Origin: a virus
Direction: 5' to 3' (one strand)
DNA: 64,000 bases
IMG/VR virus record: IMGVR_UViG_3300027896_000034
Coordinates: 3,256 to 67,255 of that record
Shown: piece after piece, positions 59,360-64,000 of the stretch
Numbering within the stretch: the first letter of the stretch is position 1
Layout: every line of letters starts with the position of its first letter
The notes under the pieces: model-generated
Told to the model about the DNA's origin: nothing
The model's input: only the letters and a program-made list of their open reading frames with translations
Databases searched by the model: none
Translations under genes and position numbers: made by a program

Positions 59360-59465
59360 CCCCAGTTTAAGGTTACTCTCTAGAGTTACATGTGACGAAA
59401 AAAGAAAGGAAACGTCACATGCGTCCTCTCGGTGAGGGGGAAAATGATTTCACCTTAAACTGGGG
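59360..59465 (-). ncRNA. structured small RNA candidate (strand inferred from context)
   Basis: perfect 14-bp outer stem CCCCAGTTTAAGGT/ACCTTAAACTGGGG; 9-bp inner stem CATGTGACG/CGTCACATG. Confidence 0.6.
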
Positions 59466-59478
59466 GTTATTAATTAAA

Positions 59479-59778
59479 TTATTTCATGCTATCTAGAAGA
59501 GCATCCTTTTCTGCTTGAAGAGCAGCTCTTCTTTCTTCACGACCCATTGTAGCTCTCAGCATCGAGTCTATTTTTTTCAGTTTCGCCAATTTTTCAGCTT
59601 TTGATAAAGACTTAATTTCAGCTTCTACTTCATTTAATTTTTCATCAACCCAGTCAGGAATATCCAACTGAAGTTCTGCGTAGTTGGTTGCAACTAATTT
59701 GATCTCTGCCCTTACACCAACCATCGTTTCAATATCATTGTTTTTAACTTTAAAATTTTTTAATCCTTCGATATTCAT
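59479..59778 (-). CDS. helical hypothetical protein downstream of the Ro60-like gene
   Basis: 99 aa; AAGGAG RBS. Confidence 0.65.
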   Translation of the reverse strand: MNIEGLKNFKVKNNDIETMVGVRAEIKLVATNYAELQLDIPDWVDEKLNEVEAEIKSLSKAEKLAKLKKIDSMLRATMGREERRAALQAEKDALLDSMK

Positions 59779-59895
59779 AAGTAAAATAGTTCTCCCTTAT
59801 TAAATAAATTTAATTTAAGTTATAGTTATAAGGTGAATCCTATTTATGTTTTGTTTATTCTCTAATTATAAATGCGAATAAATAAATTTTTAATC

Positions 59896-61443
59896 TTATT
59901 TTCTTTTTTCAAATATTTTGTCAAATGTTAACAATGGAAAGTTCATGATTTCGTCCATTAAACTATAGCGACTAGTTTTCATAGTTGCAACTAAATTAGG
60001 TAAAGCATAGTAATCTGTTTTCTCCATATTAAAAAATTCTACTGGAATATTTGCTTTTTTACAATACTGAGATAAATAATCACTATCTCCATGTACATGA
60101 TATAAATAAACAGTAGGTTCAATATCTAATTTTTTACAATAATTTTTATATGCATCATGAAAAAGAGGAGATGTATTATCTCCACCATCAGAAACTAAAG
60201 CAATACCATTTATAATTATATTTTTATCTTGTAAATATTTTAATCCACATCCACAAGATGTTCCTCCCCAAGCTTGAATGTGTTTTGCTTCTTTTTCTAT
60301 TTCTTCAAGTTTCTTCCCAGTTACATCAAATACTCTTGGTTCAGTATTAAAGAAAATTAAATAAACTTTTCCTGCTACTGATTTAGTAATATATGATGCA
60401 ATTTCTTTAGCAAGTTTAACAGCTGACTGCATAGACCCAGAACAATCACCAAGGATCAACCAGTCACCTTCTATGGTCTTTTGAGAAATTTTAGCTTCTT
60501 GAAGTTTTGAAAGTTTTTCAATTATATCCTTATTAATATCTGGATCATTTTCTTCTAAAGATTTCATAGCTTTACTTGCTTTTAAAGTCGAAACTTTTTT
60601 ATCTTTTGTTGCTCTAGTGAGAGCTTTATCATATTCACTTTTTAACATTTTGGATCTAAATACACCAATAGATTCCAAAAATTTTGTACTATTTATAAGT
60701 TGTTGCCCTGACATTCCATTTATAAGTGCAAGAATAAATTCTGGATTTTTTTCAAAATCTTCTTTTTTTACTCCAAGAGATCCAAGAGCTATCTGAAAAG
60801 GAATATTACGATTTAAGATTGTTCCAGCCGCTTCAGATGGTTGCATATTTTTAAGATTTGCTATTGCATAGAATATTGAGTTTACTGGAAAATTTTTTTC
60901 AAATAAAATTTCTTGAACAGTTATATCCGGATCTTCTTTCTTTAGAGATGGATATATTATAGTAGATGGATTATAATGAGATACTGTATATAATTCTTTT
61001 AAAGAAGATCTATGCTGAACTGCAGTTCTAATCCACCAACCAATTTTTTCTTCCCGAATTTCTAAATATTTTTTCATTGCTTCTTCTAATAATCTTCTGT
61101 GTCCACCAGTTATATGTAAACCTTCTTCTGAAAGTTCTTTATTAAATTTATAAGCTTTAACCAAATTTCTTGGATCTAAAGTCATTAAAGAAGCTACTGC
61201 ATTTTCTGCAAATTCAGAATCTCCTTTTTTTAAGGACCTCAAATTTATGATCGGTAAAGCAATTTTTGAATCTCTGATTTCTCCTTTAATTAAGTTCCAA
61301 GAAATTAAGTGAGCAAGAAATTCTGGATCTTCTTTTGCAACTTTTAAAGTTATTGAGACATAATCTTTTAAGTCTCCGTGCTTACTTTTTATTAACTCAC
61401 TTATCATTGATTGTTTGGTAGACGCAACATTCTCACTTTTCAT
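59896..61443 (-). CDS. Ro60/TROVE-like protein (helical N-terminal region plus C-terminal vWA MIDAS domain)
   Basis: 515 aa; DPEFLAHL..W....EIRD near the N-terminus; DCSGSM, GGTS, VSDGGDN. The vWA call is firm; TROVE is inferred from architecture. Confidence 0.7.
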   Translation of the reverse strand: MKSENVASTKQSMISELIKSKHGDLKDYVSITLKVAKEDPEFLAHLISWNLIKGEIRDSKIALPIINLRSLKKGDSEFAENAVASLMTLDPRNLVKAYKFNKELSEEGLHITGGHRRLLEEAMKKYLEIREEKIGWWIRTAVQHRSSLKELYTVSHYNPSTIIYPSLKKEDPDITVQEILFEKNFPVNSIFYAIANLKNMQPSEAAGTILNRNIPFQIALGSLGVKKEDFEKNPEFILALINGMSGQQLINSTKFLESIGVFRSKMLKSEYDKALTRATKDKKVSTLKASKAMKSLEENDPDINKDIIEKLSKLQEAKISQKTIEGDWLILGDCSGSMQSAVKLAKEIASYITKSVAGKVYLIFFNTEPRVFDVTGKKLEEIEKEAKHIQAWGGTSCGCGLKYLQDKNIIINGIALVSDGGDNTSPLFHDAYKNYCKKLDIEPTVYLYHVHGDSDYLSQYCKKANIPVEFFNMEKTDYYALPNLVATMKTSRYSLMDEIMNFPLLTFDKIFEKRK

Positions 61444-61472
61444 CTTTTCTTATTCCTTTCTTTTTAAATAGG

Positions 61473-62147
61473 TTAGGCTAGTTAAGTCAATTTTTTTAGC
61501 ATTAGAATTGCATGTATATTGACTAAGTGCCTAATTTTATATAGGCAACAGAACCGACGTAAAAAAATACGGGTTCCTGGTTTAGAGGGAACAAAAACCT
61601 CATACCTAAAACATTCACCCGTAGTAGTTTTTAAAATAGGCATAGTTAGACCAACGTTTAACCCATAACTAACCCCCATGATCTGTTTTGGTGGGGGTCT
61701 ATGGAGCGTTTTATGCATGATATAATTTGCTTGTAGGTTGCTCAGGTGCCTATTATTTAAAGGGCTAGTTTAATCGACGTTTTTACTTTTTTGGTGGAGG
61801 TTTGAGATTAGTAATCTCATACCCCCGAAGTAGCTTTTTTCATCTTCATTGAAATGCTTGTATGTCGATCATGTGCCCTATTCTTAAAACATGGCGAAGT
61901 TAAAGAAGTTTTAATCTATCTTTCGATAGTGTGTAGGATTTGAACCTACTAACATTTGCTTAAGAGGCAAATTGACAAACCAATTGTCAAACATGTAAAC
62001 TTCTTAGATGCCATGTATATTTATTTTAGTGGCATAGTTAAGTGACCTTTAGGGTTGCATAGATGGGATTGAACCATCTACAGTTAGTTTTCAAAGACTA
62101 ATGCTCTACCAAATGAGCTATATGCATGTATGATCACTATGTGCCAC
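61473..62147 (-). ncRNA. tandem array of five Y-RNA-like units
   Basis: units 62029-62147, 61889-62016, 61761-61879, 61635-61754 and 61473-61534 share GGCA-NNT-stem-TACAWG ... stem'-WAACTW-GCC with covarying stems. Confidence 0.7.
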
Positions 62148-62714
62148 ATATAAAAGTATTTGTTCTGAAAAAAATTAAGATCAGAACTTAGTTTGTTTCT
62201 TTAAGGAACCGCGGATTATTACATAATAAAATCTTGGTTATCTGAAATAATCCACGATTAATTTCTATAGTTTTACAGCAAGGATCCGGTTTCCTGTACT
62301 GGAAGGTTACTCATCCGGGTGCTAGCGTCCGGAAGTTATTATTACTAATAACCTTTTTAATGAACCTACAAGTTCTCGATGAATGTATATATCGACTATA
62401 GTTGCTCCAACATGTTGGAAACTACAGGATATATGTGGGAGTACCACTAAACACTCACAACGGATAATAAAACACCCAAGAATATCTTACTTCATGAATT
62501 AATATATATACTTAATTTTTTTATATATGATTATTTTATTTATAACTGGTCTTATGTAGAAAAGAACTAAAGTAAAAACTATTCTTTTTAATAGATACAA
62601 GTTATTACCAAGTTTCTAATCTACATAAGACCTTTGCAAAAATGGAGGTGCCTATTGTTTATTAATATATATACAAGAACAAAATATAAATGGTTTTAGA
62701 AAGGAAATATTTAT

Positions 62715-63713
62715 ATGAAAATATTTTGGGTATTTAGAACGAATTTAAAAAATTTAGAATACTATCATGAATACAAAGATTTAGAAACATTTAAAAAGAA
62801 ATGTCATGATTTTTACCTTCTCCAAGGAATATGGTTCCTAGAAAATAATAAATTTGATGAAGTTATTATATGGAGACTTTCTGATCAAAACCTTCCTGAC
62901 ATAGTTTTTGAAGTAAATGGTAAACGATTTATTCAAAGATGGGTTAAAAACTTTAATGAAGTTCTTAAATACCCTCAACCAACTATATCTTTTTTCAGAG
63001 GCGGATTTCAAGAGTATGATATTATTACAAAACATAATCCAGAATTTTTTGGATTAAAATTATATTTAGGAGCTGGTAAAAGAACTAATCCACAATATGG
63101 TGGAACTTACGATAAAATATTAGTTGAAGATGATAGTCATATAACTAGTAGATCTCATATACCTTTTTATAAAACTGCTTCTAATGAAGTATTTAAACCT
63201 TTAAGTTTAAAAGTTATTTATGATTTAATATGGATTTGTAACTTTACTCAAATTAAACATAAAGGTCAAGAATTCTTTATTGAAAGTATTTCAAAATCTA
63301 ACTATTTAAAATCATTAAAAATAGTTCATTGTGGTAATAAAGAAGATGTTGGAAAAGAACTTTGTAAGAAATATGGAATTTCTAATATTAATTTTCTTGG
63401 TCATATAACTAGAGAACAAGCGAACGAATATATAAATCAAAGTAGATTTGGAATAATGACAAGTAATGAAGAAGATGGTTGCCCAAGAATTATAACTGAA
63501 ATTTTAATGTCAGGAACTCCTTTATTGATAAGAGATAAAACTAAGTTATTAAATTTCTATAAAGAAAGAGCTGTAATAGTATTTAATGATAATAATATAG
63601 AAGAAAAAATAAAACAAGCAATGAATAGAAATTATATAAGTGAATCTCTTGAAAATAGAACTAAAATTTATATGGATAGGATATGTAAATTAAATCTAGA
63701 TTTATGGAGATAA
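62715..63713 (+). CDS. GT4-like glycosyltransferase
   Basis: HKGQ, INFLG, DGCPRIITEILMSGTP. Confidence 0.75.
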   Translation: MKIFWVFRTNLKNLEYYHEYKDLETFKKKCHDFYLLQGIWFLENNKFDEVIIWRLSDQNLPDIVFEVNGKRFIQRWVKNFNEVLKYPQPTISFFRGGFQEYDIITKHNPEFFGLKLYLGAGKRTNPQYGGTYDKILVEDDSHITSRSHIPFYKTASNEVFKPLSLKVIYDLIWICNFTQIKHKGQEFFIESISKSNYLKSLKIVHCGNKEDVGKELCKKYGISNINFLGHITREQANEYINQSRFGIMTSNEEDGCPRIITEILMSGTPLLIRDKTKLLNFYKERAVIVFNDNNIEEKIKQAMNRNYISESLENRTKIYMDRICKLNLDLWR

Positions 63714-63970
63714 TTATGGAAATAACATGCTGTGTTATTAAATGGATAGATTCTACATACTATAGAATTGATGATAGTTTTATAGATGAAATTCCAAAAT
63801 TATTAAAACCAAGAACATTAATTTCAATGGGAATATTAGTAGATGAAAATGAGGATTCTATAACCATTTGTCAAGATAGTGAATCATTATGTGATGGAAA
63901 TAGACTGGTTCTTACAATACCAAAAATTTCAATTTTATATTATGAAATTTTTACAAAAAAAATTCCGTAA
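63704..63970 (+). CDS. small hypothetical phage protein
   Basis: VIKWIDS..S.GILVDE.ED.ITI.QD..IPK pattern. Confidence 0.6.
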   Translation: MEIIMEITCCVIKWIDSTYYRIDDSFIDEIPKLLKPRTLISMGILVDENEDSITICQDSESLCDGNRLVLTIPKISILYYEIFTKKIP

Positions 63971-64000
63971 TTTTTACTTAGAAAAATAAGGGTTTCTGCC

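Noticed and set aside
61482-61718. 78-aa minus-strand ORF in the track
   Set aside because: No RBS, atypical composition, and it crosses the structured RNA units
61473-62147. CRISPR array interpretation of the repeats
   Set aside because: Units are self-complementary with covarying stems and variable length (62-128 nt), not identical direct repeats with spacers; no cas operon
62284-62320. Hammerhead-like GATGAG...GAAAC on the minus strand
   Set aside because: Core reads CGGATGA rather than CTGANGA and stem II is not convincing
7475-63035. Many antisense ORFs inside long genes (e.g. 7475, 8109, 9800, 29559, 39288, 46753, 62838)
   Set aside because: Shadow frames typical of AT-rich coding DNA; no RBS or motifs
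1-64000. Stop-codon reassignment
   Set aside because: Genes are full length and densely packed under the standard code; TAA, TAG and TGA all terminate genes

Overview
AT-rich (roughly a quarter GC) segment of a large T4-like myophage genome. 1-28.5 kb (minus strand) mixes virion genes (gp5-like spike, wedge, gp13-like neck) with replication and repair genes (UvsX/RecA, class II RNR, RuvC-like resolvase, 5'-3' exonuclease, clamp, clamp loader, primase, Dda-like helicase, solo Cas4-like nuclease, LigD phosphoesterase) and accessory genes (KhpA, type IV pilin, NADAR, C39 peptidase, SLT). 29-50 kb (plus strand) carries an actin-like ATPase and a ~14 kb glycosyltransferase/amino-sugar cluster. 50.3-62.6 kb (minus strand) is an RNA island: 19 tRNAs (a 20th lies at 21.9 kb), two free-standing endonucleases, Pth2 and several tRNA-like or structured ncRNA candidates. 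The strongest candidate for a new system is a Ro60/TROVE-like vWA gene preceded by five tandem Y-RNA-like units. They share one terminal helix/internal-loop motif, four carry different tRNA-derived cargo, and a downstream hairpin RNA has a loop complementary to that gene's RBS. A dnaX-type -1 frameshift candidate and two repeated promoter-like motifs are also visible. All calls come from manual motif reading; no searches or folding programs were run.
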